A program made the translations under genes and the position numbers. Shown here in pieces: positions 27,666 through 40,853 of a stretch of DNA of 64,000 bases. The stretch comes from Patescibacteria group bacterium (GTDB lineage Bacteria > Patescibacteriota > Microgenomatia > UBA1400 > PJMF01). The DNA lies in contig JBGTEY010000011.1 in the NCBI GenBank assembly GCA_041747555.1, positions 12,696 through 76,695 of the forward strand, read 5' to 3'. The notes under the pieces were generated by a model. That model had not been told where the DNA came from, did no database searches, and saw nothing but the letters and a program-made list of their open reading frames with translations. Numbering within the stretch: the stretch's first letter is position 1; every line of letters begins with the position of its first letter.

Positions 27666-29672
27666 TTACGTTTGGGCGACACGAAGCACCTCTTCAATTG
27701 TTGTTACTCCGCGCAATGCCTTGATGTATCCGTCTTGTTTCATTAAACGCATACCATCTTTGAGCGCCGCATTTTCGAGATCTGCGGCGGATTTTTGCTG
27801 TAGTATCAGCCTACCAATTTCTTCAGTAACTTTCATCACCTCAAAAATACCAATTCGGCCTTTGTATTCTGGCTGATCATTAGGGCGATTTTGACTCGGC
27901 CTAAAGAGCGTAATGTCCTCTGGTTTTTTTCCTTCTTGTTTACAGTAATTTTCAAAATGAGGCCCCAAAACGTTGATAATATCCTCAAGTACCGCAGGAT
28001 CTGGCTTATATTCTTCTTTAAAATCAGGATGCAGCTGTCTGACGACACGTTGTGCAGCAACCATAGTCATCGAAGAAGCAAGCAAAAATGGCTCTGCACC
28101 CATATCAAGGAGCCGAGGAAGCGCTCCCGCTGCAGAAGAGGTATGAAGCGTGGAGAAGACCAAATGACCAGTCAGGGCTGCTTGAATTGCCAACTCGGCA
28201 GTTTCACTATCACGAATCTCTCCTACCATAATAATATTAGGATCTTGACGTAAAAATGACCGCAGTCCAGAAGCAAAGGTTAAACCCGCTTGGGGATTAA
28301 TCTGTACTTGATTGATGCCAGGCATCTGATACTCGACAGGATCTTCAAGTGTCATAATATTAACCTTGGGCGTATTGATCTGGTGGAGGATTGAGTAGAG
28401 AGTGGTGGTTTTACCTGAGCCAGTCGGTCCTGTCACCAGCACAATTCCATGTGGAACGTGAATAGCGTCATTGACGTTCTTGAGTGCGAGTCCATCCATT
28501 CCAAGGTCTTTGATGGCAGGCACCTTTTCATCTTTTCTCAACAACCGCATCACAATTTTCTCGTTATGAATGGTTGGCAGCGTAGAAACACGAAGGTCAA
28601 CATCTTGATCATCACCGCTGTATGAGAACCGCCCATCTTGAGGCAAACGCTTCTCATCAATTTTCAGACCAGACATAATTTTAATTCTAGAAACAACTGC
28701 ATCGTGCACAGATCTGGGTAGGATTAGTTTTTCGCTTAAAATACCATCAATACGATACCGTACTCGAGTACGACTTTCTTGAGGTTCGATGTGAATGTCT
28801 GATGCGCGTGCTTTGATGGCAAAGGACAACACCGTCTGGACAATCTTAGTAATGGGCGCTTCTCGTATTGTCTCACCAGAAAGCGCCGAAAAATCTTCTT
28901 TTTTAGCCTTATCTTGCGCAACTTGACTTGTTTGCTCAAGGGCAGCTGATACTTCACTTGAGAGCGTTTGGGAATAGTGTGCAGCGATTGCCTGATCTAT
29001 TTCCGATGGGGTTGCATAAGTAGCTACAACCCTAAGTCCAGTTTTTTGTTTCGCAAATTCAATTGCGCTCAAATCGAGTGGATCCTCCATTGCAACCGTC
29101 AGCACGCCTTCATTTTTGTTGTAGGAAAGTGGAAGCATTCTATAGTTGCGCGCGACACTCTCAGGAAGCTGCGATAGAGCTTGTGGATCGGTTCCAGTCT
29201 CAGATATTTTTGTAAACCCAACATTATTAAGCAGCGCCTTTGCTTGATAGAGTTGCTCCTCGGTTACAATATCTTTTTCTTTAAGGAGAAGATCAATGGG
29301 CTTGTTTTCACTAATGTGTTGAAGTTTAAGTTGATTATGCTGTTCAGCCGTGATCGTCCCATTTGCCAGTAAAACATCAAGGAGTGATTGTTTCATTCCT
29401 GTGGCACCAGGAATTAGACTGGGTGTGGCGACGGGTGGAGGCGGAGGTGGAGCAGATTGGGCAACTTCTGGCGGTGATTCTGGCTCAATTACAGTGACTA
29501 GTGGACTTGGCTCAATTGTTGGAGAACTTGGGGTAGCTTGCGATTGATCTGGTGGTTGAGGAGGCACACCAGATGCCATCGTCGATTCACCTGCAGGGTT
29601 CGCGGGAACACCAGAGGACGTCGAAGACGATCCAGATTGCGCACTAACTGGCTGCTGGGCAGGAATGTCCAT
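27666..29672 (-). CDS. pilB: Type IV pilus extension ATPase PilB (GspE family) with Pro/Ser-rich N-terminal extension
   Basis: T2SSE_N domain and Walker A GPTGSGKTT; 668 aa. The first ~90 aa are low complexity (PQPPDQSQATPSSPTIEPSP...PPPPPPVATPS). Confidence 0.9.
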   Translation of the reverse strand: MDIPAQQPVSAQSGSSSTSSGVPANPAGESTMASGVPPQPPDQSQATPSSPTIEPSPLVTVIEPESPPEVAQSAPPPPPPVATPSLIPGATGMKQSLLDVLLANGTITAEQHNQLKLQHISENKPIDLLLKEKDIVTEEQLYQAKALLNNVGFTKISETGTDPQALSQLPESVARNYRMLPLSYNKNEGVLTVAMEDPLDLSAIEFAKQKTGLRVVATYATPSEIDQAIAAHYSQTLSSEVSAALEQTSQVAQDKAKKEDFSALSGETIREAPITKIVQTVLSFAIKARASDIHIEPQESRTRVRYRIDGILSEKLILPRSVHDAVVSRIKIMSGLKIDEKRLPQDGRFSYSGDDQDVDLRVSTLPTIHNEKIVMRLLRKDEKVPAIKDLGMDGLALKNVNDAIHVPHGIVLVTGPTGSGKTTTLYSILHQINTPKVNIMTLEDPVEYQMPGINQVQINPQAGLTFASGLRSFLRQDPNIIMVGEIRDSETAELAIQAALTGHLVFSTLHTSSAAGALPRLLDMGAEPFLLASSMTMVAAQRVVRQLHPDFKEEYKPDPAVLEDIINVLGPHFENYCKQEGKKPEDITLFRPSQNRPNDQPEYKGRIGIFEVMKVTEEIGRLILQQKSAADLENAALKDGMRLMKQDGYIKALRGVTTIEEVLRVAQT

Positions 29673-29739
29673 ATTCTTATATTTTCACGGTATACTACGT
29701 GCTGAGCTTTACTATAGTCTAAAGACTGAACAAGGACAA

Positions 29740-30483
29740 ATGGCAACTACCCCAGAAAAGAGCACCAAACCGGCGCAATACCAACAATTTTGGCAACCAC
29801 TCTTGCTGATTATGCCATCTGGATGTGATCACAGATCAGCTGCTAATGCATTCCTTACTTCAAATACACTCGCAAAAACAATTTCGCTACAAACACCACA
29901 AAGCACCCAGCATTGGATCAATGATTCCGAGACCAAACTCACCATCGAACACGTACGCACACTTCAAAAACAACTCTCATACGGATATGCAGCCCATGAA
30001 CCTCAGCTGTTTTTTGTACACCAACTAGAAAATGCCTCACACGCTGCCCAAAACGCGTTATTAAAGCTTCTCGAAGAACCACCGGAATACATTCAGATTA
30101 TTGTCACCACCGAACAACCAGAAATGATACTTCCAACCATACATTCACGTTGTTTGAGTCTGTCAATAATGGGAGAAAGTGATTCGATACAAACCGATAG
30201 GGGAGCCGCTTTCTATACCAGTGCTAAAGCAGCAAAAAATTACGGTGAACTTATTACAGTAGCTGAAACACTCTCAGACCGCGATGACGCTATAACTGTA
30301 CTTCAGCAAGTGGTACACTACCTCTACAGTGAAAAAATAGCAGGCAAGAGTGATGTTGCACTCCAGTTGATACAGTTTGTTCAATTACTTTTGATGACAG
30401 TGCGTGATATTCGCCAAAACAGCAACGTCAAGCTCGCCATTGAGCATTTGTTGTTTATAGCAAGACGATCAAAGTATATCTAA
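29740..30483 (+). CDS. holB: DNA polymerase III delta-prime subunit-like (clamp-loader AAA+ without intact P-loop)
   Basis: NALLKLLEEPP and TIHSRC (SRC motif) are present. Start taken at Met26 (29740); the track start 29665 overlaps the divergent pilB. Confidence 0.7.
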   Translation: MATTPEKSTKPAQYQQFWQPLLLIMPSGCDHRSAANAFLTSNTLAKTISLQTPQSTQHWINDSETKLTIEHVRTLQKQLSYGYAAHEPQLFFVHQLENASHAAQNALLKLLEEPPEYIQIIVTTEQPEMILPTIHSRCLSLSIMGESDSIQTDRGAAFYTSAKAAKNYGELITVAETLSDRDDAITVLQQVVHYLYSEKIAGKSDVALQLIQFVQLLLMTVRDIRQNSNVKLAIEHLLFIARRSKYI

Positions 30484-30590
30484 CTATATCAAATATTATA
30501 CCTATACATCAACACTTTTTGAAAGATGCCCAATTTAGCAGTCAAATTATCACTCTGCTAATTGGTCTGTAAAGCAATAGAGAAGAGTAG

Positions 30591-32654
<2,064 letters not shown>

Positions 32655-32658
32655 ATTT

Positions 32659-33603
32659 ATGTCAAAAACATACATCATCGGCCATACCAAACCAGACACA
32701 GACGCAGTTGTAGCAGCGATGGCTCTCGAGTATCTGTACAAAAAAGAAGAATGCTTTTGTCATCCAGATGCAGAGGCGGTAATTGCAGATCCACTCAATC
32801 CAGAAACAGAATTTTTGTTTAAAAAATTTAGCGTATCCAGCCCTCGATTAATTACTGCAGATGATATTGCTCCCGGTGACAAAATCGTACTTGTCGACCA
32901 CAACGAAGCCTCACAACGTCTCGAGGGAATTTCAGAGGATCAAATTGCAGAAGTTCTCGATCACCACAAGGTAAATCTCAACCTCAGTCAACCAATTTTC
33001 ATGACCTTCAAGGCATGGGGTTCCAGCTCCACTATTGCTTACTACTTGATGAAACAACAAAATCTTACACCCGATAAAACCTTAGCAAGTCTGTTATTGG
33101 CAGCCATTTTGTCAGACACAGTTGGGTACAAGTCCGCTACCACGACCCAAAAAGACAAAGACTTAGGTGCAGAACTCGCAGACCTGGCCGAAATTTCTGA
33201 CGTTGATGCCTTCACCTTAGAAATTTTCAAGGCAAAATCAAACGTTTCTGATCTCTCAGACGAACAAATTGTCAAAAATGACTACAAAATCTTTGAATTT
33301 GGCAAAAAAACCATGATCGATCAGCTCGAAACGGTAGAGCAGACCGAAATTTTGCAAAATAAGAAGCAAGATTTACTCACCGCTATGCAAAAAGTCAAAG
33401 ATGAGCTCCAGGTTGAACTACTTTTTGTGGCAATTACCGATATTTTAAACGTAAATACCAAAGTTTTAATCCTCTCAGACGCAGAAAGAACAGTCGCAGA
33501 GGCAGCATTTGGCGGCACCACTCAGGATAATGTCCTCGATATAGGGGCTAAAATGTCAAGAAAAAAGGAAATCGCACCCGCTATAGAGAAAGCGTTAGCG
33601 TAA
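32659..33603 (+). CDS. ppaC: Manganese-dependent inorganic pyrophosphatase (family II, DHH-DHHA2)
   Basis: [31 protein letters not shown] and a C-terminal SRKKEIAP track B. subtilis PpaC motifs (GHQNPDSDAI, DHNE, VDHHR, LLSGLISDT, SRKKQVVP). Confidence 0.8.
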   Translation: MSKTYIIGHTKPDTDAVVAAMALEYLYKKEECFCHPDAEAVIADPLNPETEFLFKKFSVSSPRLITADDIAPGDKIVLVDHNEASQRLEGISEDQIAEVLDHHKVNLNLSQPIFMTFKAWGSSSTIAYYLMKQQNLTPDKTLASLLLAAILSDTVGYKSATTTQKDKDLGAELADLAEISDVDAFTLEIFKAKSNVSDLSDEQIVKNDYKIFEFGKKTMIDQLETVEQTEILQNKKQDLLTAMQKVKDELQVELLFVAITDILNVNTKVLILSDAERTVAEAAFGGTTQDNVLDIGAKMSRKKEIAPAIEKALA

Positions 33604-33616
33604 ACAGGACCACACC

Positions 33617-36358
33617 ATGAATGAAGAAGAGCAAGTAACGCCAGAAGAAACCAAAGAAGACACCCGCAGTGAGGCGCAACTCGAGGCGATTTCTAAACTT
33701 GGCACAATAGAAGAAACCCGCTACGGCAAACTCAAATACATCTCAATTCGATCAGAGATGGAAAAGAGCTACCTCGACTACGCCATGAGTGTTATCGTTT
33801 CTCGTGCGTTACCAGACGTCAGAGACGGATTAAAGCCCGTACATCGCAGAATTTTATATTCGATGTACAAGTCTGGCATTCACCATACGAGTTCTTACAA
33901 AAAATCCGCTCGTATTGTTGGAGATGTGCTCGGAAAGTATCACCCACACGGTGACTCACCCGTGTATATGGCATTAGTACGTCTGGCACAAGACTTTAGC
34001 ATGCGATATTTGCTGGTTGATGGTCAGGGTAACTTTGGCTCTGTAGATGGTGATAGCCCAGCCGCCATGCGGTACACCGAAGCTCGATTGGGCAAAATTA
34101 CTCGAGAACTACTCTTAGATATTGATAAAGACACCGTCCCTTTTGTTGATAACTTTGATGGCAGTTTGCAAGAACCTACTGTTCTGCCAGGTAAATTACC
34201 CAATCTACTCCTGATGGGTGCAGAAGGTATCGCTGTTGGAATGGCAACCAAGATCCCACCACATAACTTGACAGAGGTATGTACCGCAATTATTCATGTG
34301 ATTAAAGCTGGGACAGCGACAACTCCAGATGATTTCATCATTCCCAGCAGCACCAAGAAGAAGGATGCCGACCTGGATTCTAAGCTCGTTGATGAGTTCA
34401 TTCTCGCAGACCCAAAATCATTAGCCGGCATTTTCAAGACCGATAGTACGGTTGACGACATTATGGAATTCATAAATGGTCCAGATTTCCCAACCGGCGG
34501 TATTATTTATGATTTTGACGCTATTACCGAGGGCTATCGCACCGGGAAGGGCAGAGTCGTTATCCGCTCAAAGGCCAAAATTGAGGAATCCAAAAAAGGT
34601 GGTTTCCAGATTATCGTTACAGAATTGCCATATCAAGTAAATAAATCAAGATTACTTCAAAAAATCGCTCAGCTTGTACGGGATAAGAAATTGGTCGGTA
34701 TTCGTGACCTCAATGACGACTCAGACAGAAATGGACTCCAAATCACGATCGACCTCAAGCGAGACGCCAAACCCAAAGTCGTTCTCAACAAGCTATTTAA
34801 GTACACCGACCTCCAAACCAGTTTTTCAATGAACATGGTTGCACTCAATTCCGATGGCACGCCACAACTCATGAATGTCAGACAGATTTTGATCGAGTTT
34901 ATTGCTCACCGCCAGTTAATGATCGTCCGCAGAAGTCAAAATAAGCTTAGTTCAGCTCGAGATCGTGCACATATTTTAGAGGGCCTCAGAATTGCACTCA
35001 AAAATCTCGATGACGTGATCGAAACAATTCGACGCTCACCAGATACCGACACCGCACGCACTTCGCTCATGAAAAAATTTGGCCTCAGTGAAATTCAGGC
35101 AACGGCAATCCTTGAAATGCAACTCAAACGCCTTGCCGCCCTCGAGAGACAGAAAATTGAAGACGAGTACAAAGAAGTCAAAGAAACCATAGAAGGCCTT
35201 CTCGAACTCCTCAGCAATCCAGAGGCTGTCCTCAAGGTCGTTGCCGATGAAACCGATGAATTAATCGCCCAGTACGGAGACGAACGTCGCTCCAAACTCA
35301 TTAAAGGCAAGGTCGGAGAATTCAGCGAAGAAGACCTTGTGCCAAATGAAGAAGCATTCATCACTCTCACCGAAAGTGGCTATGTCAAACGCATGAACCC
35401 ATCGTCATTCCGCTCACAATCCAGAGGTGGAAAAGGTAGTCGTGGGCTGACTATGAAGGCAGAAGACATGGTTAAATCACTACTTTCAGTCCAAACACAT
35501 GATACATTGCTTGTGTTCACCAATGAGGGTAAAGTATTCAAACTCAAAGCATACGAAATTCCAGAATCGCAACGTCAAGCCAAGGGTACTGCAATTGTCA
35601 ATTTGATAAATCTTAACCAAAACGAGCGTGTCCAGTCAATTTTGGTTATTGATGAAAAGAAAGACCAAGATAAATTTATTACACTCGTTACATCCAAAGG
35701 TTTAGTCAAGAAAACTGCAGTCACACTCTACAGCAACATCCGCCAAAACGGCATCATTGCCATCAGCCTCAACAATGGCGACGAACTCGTCGATGGGGAA
35801 CTCACCCATGGTGAAGACGAGTTGATGATGATCACACACTCGGGTAAATCAATTCGATTTTCAGAAGAAGAGGTTAAATCATCTAACAGAGATACCAAGG
35901 GTGTGAAGGGCATGACCCTCAGAAAAGAGGACTATGTTGTTTCGTTTGAGGTCCTCCGACCTGTTGAAGATCTTGATAAATCACAAGAAAAAAATCGACA
36001 GTTGCTAGTCATCACCGAAAACGGTCTCGGCAAACGAACCAAACTAACCCAATACCCAAGTCAAAAACGATCTGGAATTGGCGTTAAAGTTGCAGACATT
36101 ACTAAGCGAACCGGTCCAGTCGCTGCAGCACTCAAAGTAGATATTGAGGAGCACAGCGAAGTTGTGATTACGTCCAAAGAAGGTCAGACCATTAAATTAC
36201 CACTTACCAAAAAATCTATCCCTATCCTCACCAGACCAACTCAAGGCGTCATCCTGATGCGTCTCAAGAAGGGTGATACTGTTTCTGCAGTTGCACTGAC
36301 ATTCAAAAAGGTTGAAGGTGATGAAGGAAATGATAGCGACGTAGCTGACGAATCGTAA
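33617..36358 (+). CDS. gyrA: DNA gyrase subunit A
   Basis: [27 protein letters not shown] with the catalytic Tyr region. C-terminal beta-pinwheel repeats. 913 aa including a ~60-aa insertion near residue 230. Confidence 0.95.
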   Translation: MNEEEQVTPEETKEDTRSEAQLEAISKLGTIEETRYGKLKYISIRSEMEKSYLDYAMSVIVSRALPDVRDGLKPVHRRILYSMYKSGIHHTSSYKKSARIVGDVLGKYHPHGDSPVYMALVRLAQDFSMRYLLVDGQGNFGSVDGDSPAAMRYTEARLGKITRELLLDIDKDTVPFVDNFDGSLQEPTVLPGKLPNLLLMGAEGIAVGMATKIPPHNLTEVCTAIIHVIKAGTATTPDDFIIPSSTKKKDADLDSKLVDEFILADPKSLAGIFKTDSTVDDIMEFINGPDFPTGGIIYDFDAITEGYRTGKGRVVIRSKAKIEESKKGGFQIIVTELPYQVNKSRLLQKIAQLVRDKKLVGIRDLNDDSDRNGLQITIDLKRDAKPKVVLNKLFKYTDLQTSFSMNMVALNSDGTPQLMNVRQILIEFIAHRQLMIVRRSQNKLSSARDRAHILEGLRIALKNLDDVIETIRRSPDTDTARTSLMKKFGLSEIQATAILEMQLKRLAALERQKIEDEYKEVKETIEGLLELLSNPEAVLKVVADETDELIAQYGDERRSKLIKGKVGEFSEEDLVPNEEAFITLTESGYVKRMNPSSFRSQSRGGKGSRGLTMKAEDMVKSLLSVQTHDTLLVFTNEGKVFKLKAYEIPESQRQAKGTAIVNLINLNQNERVQSILVIDEKKDQDKFITLVTSKGLVKKTAVTLYSNIRQNGIIAISLNNGDELVDGELTHGEDELMMITHSGKSIRFSEEEVKSSNRDTKGVKGMTLRKEDYVVSFEVLRPVEDLDKSQEKNRQLLVITENGLGKRTKLTQYPSQKRSGIGVKVADITKRTGPVAAALKVDIEEHSEVVITSKEGQTIKLPLTKKSIPILTRPTQGVILMRLKKGDTVSAVALTFKKVEGDEGNDSDVADES

Positions 36359-36413
36359 TCAGAATCAAAATGTCATTTTGACACTACTGAAATCTTTCAA
36401 ACGTATTTTTTTG

Positions 36414-36487
36414 TGGACCTGAGGGGATTCGAACCCCTGACCTTCTGTATGCCATACAGACGCGCTAACCAACTGCGCCACAGGCCC
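36414..36487 (-). tRNA. tRNA-Ala (anticodon GGC)
   Basis: Reverse complement: GGGCCUGUGGCGCAGUUGGUUAGCGCGUCUGUAUGGCAUACAGAAGGUCAGGGGUUCGAAUCCCCUCAGGUCCA. Cloverleaf with a G3:U70 pair, a GGC anticodon in a 7-nt loop, a TPsiC loop UUCGAAU, and discriminator A. CCA is not encoded. Confidence 0.85.
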
Positions 36488-36535
36488 ATCTCAAGATTTC
36501 AATTATAGCACGAGCATGTGCATTAAAAAGTCCGC

Positions 36536-37471
36536 CTAAAAATCTGAATGGTGTTTTTCATGCACTTTCCTCAGTTGAGGGCGGGTAACATGGGTATAAA
36601 TTTGGGTTGTGGCAATGTTTTTGTGCCCAAGCATCTCTTGGACATCCCTGAGACCTGCACCATTTGACAATAAATCAGTAGCAAAACTATGTCGCAAGCC
36701 ATGCGGGCTAATTTTGATCGGCAACTGCGCCTGGCGACAGTATTTATCTAGGATTCGCTGAACACTCCGTGATGTGAGCCGCATTTGCTCTCCATCGGTG
36801 GTAATTGGAGGTCTTTTACCAGAAAACCGCACAAAAACTGGTCTCCACTTATCATCACGCCGATCAAGCCATCTAGCAAGCCAATCTGCCGCGCGATGAC
36901 TCAAGAACACTACTCGTGGTCTGCGACCTTTACCGATCACGCCAAACTCTCGTTTTTCTAGGTCTATTTGGTCTCTGTTGAGTTTTACTAACTCACTCAC
37001 GCGGAGGCCAGTAGAGAAGAGGACTTCCAAAATCGCCCGGTCGCGGAAACCTGCCGGATTCGATAATTCTGGTTGTGCGAGCAATTTTTCTACCTTATCG
37101 CGATTTAAAAACTTCATGTGTTGGGAATCTGCTTTGGGGAGATCAATTTTTTCGGGGTGGAGAACTGGCTTGTCGTTTTTCACCAGCCATTTTAGGAATG
37201 AGCGAAGCGAAATAACGTAGTAGCTCTGAGTTTTTTTGGCTAAGGTACCACCTTTACCGTCTGGCTCTCTTGATAAAAAGAGTCTATACTCGCGCACGAG
37301 ATCCTGATTAAGATCTTTTATGTCGTCGTGACCTTGTTCATGAAACCAAGCAATAAATTTTCGCAAATATTGCCCATAATTTCTAATGGTAAGCTTGCTG
37401 ACATTACGTTCAACCTCAAGATGCTCTAGAAATTTAATGAGTGCTGGCTGCGCGGAGGTAGTGAGAGACAT
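36536..37471 (-). CDS. Tyrosine site-specific recombinase, XerC/XerD family
   Basis: N-terminal SAM-like core-binding domain. Catalytic region HGLRHSFATDLLSNGAGLRDVQEMLGHKNIATTQIYTHV (R...HxxR...Y). Confidence 0.85.
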   Translation of the reverse strand: MSLTTSAQPALIKFLEHLEVERNVSKLTIRNYGQYLRKFIAWFHEQGHDDIKDLNQDLVREYRLFLSREPDGKGGTLAKKTQSYYVISLRSFLKWLVKNDKPVLHPEKIDLPKADSQHMKFLNRDKVEKLLAQPELSNPAGFRDRAILEVLFSTGLRVSELVKLNRDQIDLEKREFGVIGKGRRPRVVFLSHRAADWLARWLDRRDDKWRPVFVRFSGKRPPITTDGEQMRLTSRSVQRILDKYCRQAQLPIKISPHGLRHSFATDLLSNGAGLRDVQEMLGHKNIATTQIYTHVTRPQLRKVHEKHHSDF

Positions 37472-37715
37472 GAATGCAAAAGACTATAAGCTTTTAGCAG
37501 TCAAAGTAATCTTCTGCTAAAATTGATGCATATCACTTTTGCTTGATGTATCAAGCAGAAAAATGACATACTTTGATCAGTTCGTATGTAACCAATACAG
37601 ACACTGATCTATTTAATCGGTCGTTGGTATAGATACTGTTGTATCGTATTTTTTTATGTTTAGCAAGGTGCTGTTTTATCACCGTGTACGGAGATAATAC
37701 AAAAGATGCCGTGAC

Positions 37716-39788
37716 TTAATTCTTAAGGTGCTCTGGAAATCTCAACTTACTAGAAAATAAAATATTCTTTTTTAAATTGGTAACAATAGGTGCAGGCAAA
37801 GGCAAGTGTGCGTCAAACAGCGCCTGAAAAATACTTACAACTCTATCGCGCAATTGTTCATTCTTATTCATACTTACTATCGCGTCAGTGTTGCAGAGCC
37901 GCATCAAGCCTGAAAACTTTTCACAGTCCGCCGCAATAATACTTTTCTCCATAGCCACAATTAGATATTCAATCGGCATATATGTAACGCAGTACGCAAC
38001 GAACTTTTCATAGTGCTCTAACTGCGAACAGTACTCCTGACCAGCTTCTAGAATGTTAAAAACTAGCGTTGAATACGTCTGAATACTGTTTGTACTGCGC
38101 ATAAATTGTGCGATTTCGAGCATCTCTTGATCAGTTGCAAATTTTAAGAAGTCAGCAATTAAACCAAGTGTTGTTTCAATTTGATCTGCTGAGCCGAGCT
38201 CTCTCAAATCAGCGAAAGCAGCCTTTAATCGAACCGTTGTTTTGTGATCATCTACCTGTTTCACTTGCAAGTACTGAGTAAGTCCGGGAAATGTCTCAGT
38301 AGCAAAGTGAGCTTTAATTGTTTCTCGATTTCTTGTATTCACCAATTCAAGTAGTTCTAGTATCTGTGATGATGGATAGACTTCTGTAACCCTGACTAAG
38401 GTAGCTTGTAGATCCGAATCTAAGAAGATTGTCATGACCGCATCTATAAGATCTGGTTTTTTATCGACTATGATCTCAACGAGCAAGCCAAACTGCGCCA
38501 GTGAGAATGATCTAAATGCTTTTTCAAGGAGACTCGAACCATGTTCTCCAACTCTCACCAGCATATCGGTGTCAAATGCCAGAACAAATGCCGCTAATTG
38601 ATACCGTTCATGGAAAGCAGACTGATCCGCAAGCATTTGATGAAGTAACGTTTCTGTCGCACTTTTATCGAGCTTCATAAGTAAGTAGTCGACAACCCGT
38701 CTATCTTTCATATCAAACCCAAACGAGTGAGAAATTTTCTGCATCAACTGCATATCCGGAACCAGTTGGGCAGAATCATCAAGGGATTTCAGATACTCTA
38801 GAACCTTTTCAACTGACAATCCGAGCGCAGGTACTTTGTCGTCATCACCAACTAAAGATAACTGAACATTTAATAGTTGTTTCACCAGTGAGAGGGCAAT
38901 TGTTGGATCATCTTGTGGTAACACATCAACTACTGATACAAAAACCTCGCTTACCGCTGGGGCAGATGGTATTCTGACATGCATATCGTACCCAAAGAGG
39001 AGGGTAGTAGCGCCGTACCTTGGATGATCGGTCACTTCTGTAGGGAGCTGCAGATACAACTCATACAATCGAATACATTCCTGAGTTTCTATTCGAAGTT
39101 CTCCGACAGCACAGCACTCAGAAATTAATTCCCGTGTGGGAAAAAGGGGATCAATCAACCAATCTGGGTTATTTTTTGAGACAGATGAGAGTATGTCAGT
39201 AGAAAAATGTCTTTGCGACAAAATTGGTAATGAACTCAAATAGAGTATGACATCAAGGCTGTTCCATAGTCTAATAAAATCTTTACATTCAAATTGAGCT
39301 CGCTCGCCACTCTCGGCTGATGAGCGCTGAAGTGCGTTTCGTGTCAGGAAATTAAAGATAAATCTGCCGTTTGCCAATCGCTGCTCATCGGTTATATTCG
39401 CCACATTTCCAACTTCAACGAGGTATTTTTTTAGGTTTGGATCACCAAGAATCTCCAGTAGCTCATATGGTGGGTCACTCTCACCAGAGAGAATTGCAGC
39501 TACGAGTATTTGAAAGTAAAGATCATAGAATTCTGTTCCAACAACCGCCTCCGCGAAAGCTGTATTGTACGAATCAGGACCGTCTTTTAAGGTTTGCTCT
39601 GCAGCGAGAAGGAGCATTTTATCAAGCATTTGAGGGGCACGATGTGAGGTTCGTCCCATTACATCGAGCAAAAGCATATAAAGCAGTTGGTCATTTGATT
39701 CGTCGCCAGCCGCAACTTCTAGTTCAATAACGATCCCATCAACTGCGCCATCGCCATCACGTTCTTTGCCAGTTGGGGAAGTGGACAT
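37716..39788 (-). CDS. Hypothetical large all-alpha protein (690 aa), no recognisable domain
   Basis: Leu-rich helical sequence with no TM helix or signal peptide. No motif was matched. Flanked by the Xer recombinase and the LOX-like gene. Confidence 0.4.
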   Translation of the reverse strand: MSTSPTGKERDGDGAVDGIVIELEVAAGDESNDQLLYMLLLDVMGRTSHRAPQMLDKMLLLAAEQTLKDGPDSYNTAFAEAVVGTEFYDLYFQILVAAILSGESDPPYELLEILGDPNLKKYLVEVGNVANITDEQRLANGRFIFNFLTRNALQRSSAESGERAQFECKDFIRLWNSLDVILYLSSLPILSQRHFSTDILSSVSKNNPDWLIDPLFPTRELISECCAVGELRIETQECIRLYELYLQLPTEVTDHPRYGATTLLFGYDMHVRIPSAPAVSEVFVSVVDVLPQDDPTIALSLVKQLLNVQLSLVGDDDKVPALGLSVEKVLEYLKSLDDSAQLVPDMQLMQKISHSFGFDMKDRRVVDYLLMKLDKSATETLLHQMLADQSAFHERYQLAAFVLAFDTDMLVRVGEHGSSLLEKAFRSFSLAQFGLLVEIIVDKKPDLIDAVMTIFLDSDLQATLVRVTEVYPSSQILELLELVNTRNRETIKAHFATETFPGLTQYLQVKQVDDHKTTVRLKAAFADLRELGSADQIETTLGLIADFLKFATDQEMLEIAQFMRSTNSIQTYSTLVFNILEAGQEYCSQLEHYEKFVAYCVTYMPIEYLIVAMEKSIIAADCEKFSGLMRLCNTDAIVSMNKNEQLRDRVVSIFQALFDAHLPLPAPIVTNLKKNILFSSKLRFPEHLKN

Positions 39789-39854
39789 CTCGATAGTATA
39801 TCATACAGGATCATATCGAAGCCGCATCAAGTTCACCAGAGTTCAAAAATTGTT

Positions 39855-40853
39855 TCACGGAAACACTACAGATTGCTCAAACCGATTATTTGCATAATCA
39901 CTTTCAATAAGCGCAGAGTTTGGATTTAGTATATATCTAATTATGACGGCAGCACCCGGTGGTACTGGATACTGTAACCTGATATTTTGACCAGGCACAT
40001 TTTCACCATAATGATCAACGTATCCTGGAGAAAGTCCTTGGATGTGCGCTCCGCAGCCTTGATACACCGCATTCGGTGGAGCTGCACCTTGACTCAATTC
40101 AACAATTCCTGGATGAAACGGATCCATTGCAACATTTCCGTCTTGCAAACAAAAGGATGCTTTATCCACCCTCACAACCTCACCAGTTGCGGGAACAAAC
40201 ACTTCAACGGTCACAAAATTTTCAAAATGAAAATGTCCATGTGATGGATGGTGTTCAAAATTACCCGCAGGTGCCTCGTAGGCTACAACTTGTCCGGTTA
40301 ACTCGTCTTTTGCATAGAGTATTTGAGCAACCTTCATCGAAGCACCAGATCCTGAAGTTTCCAAACCAGCTGCCTGCAATCGCAGAGGTCCTGGTCCAAT
40401 ATTTGCAAATGTGGTTGGAAAGTAAAATGATAGACGGTCTTCTCCTAGTCGATACGCCGTTTCTGGGCTAGGGGAGGGGACGATGGTTAAATCAGGGTAG
40501 AGAATTGGACTCCCAGAAGTTGCAGCTTCAATTGGTTGGGTAAAAACCTGATCCAAAGGAACGGGGGAGCCATCAATATAATCAATATACGACTTATCAA
40601 GATTTGGATTCCCAGTTCCAATAGCAGTCTGCACCTCATTTGGCGTGAGTGTTGGCACATCTTGCGCTGGAGCCACCGATTCAACTATGTCAGAACTAGT
40701 ACCACCCGAGTTCTCTGGAGTCACTGTGGCAACAAAGGTCACCTGTTCCCCACCGGTATCTGTAGAATATGAGCCAGCCTCAGCTGTACAAGATATAAGT
40801 AGCAATGCAATTACGACCTGTCCGAGCGCATAGCGATACCTAACTCCTTTCAT
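39855..40853 (-). CDS. Lipoprotein-anchored lysyl oxidase-like copper amine oxidase domain protein
   Basis: The C-terminal half aligns to the animal LOX catalytic domain: FEHHPSHGHFHFENF (His-rich Cu site), KASFCLQDG (the LTQ Lys context KASFCLED), QGLSPGYVDHY (QGLSPGCYDTY, LTQ Tyr), and ESDYANN (ESDYTNN). The start was moved to the Met giving MKGVRYRYALGQVVIALLLISC| with a lipobox. Confidence 0.6.
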   Translation of the reverse strand: MKGVRYRYALGQVVIALLLISCTAEAGSYSTDTGGEQVTFVATVTPENSGGTSSDIVESVAPAQDVPTLTPNEVQTAIGTGNPNLDKSYIDYIDGSPVPLDQVFTQPIEAATSGSPILYPDLTIVPSPSPETAYRLGEDRLSFYFPTTFANIGPGPLRLQAAGLETSGSGASMKVAQILYAKDELTGQVVAYEAPAGNFEHHPSHGHFHFENFVTVEVFVPATGEVVRVDKASFCLQDGNVAMDPFHPGIVELSQGAAPPNAVYQGCGAHIQGLSPGYVDHYGENVPGQNIRLQYPVPPGAAVIIRYILNPNSALIESDYANNRFEQSVVFP

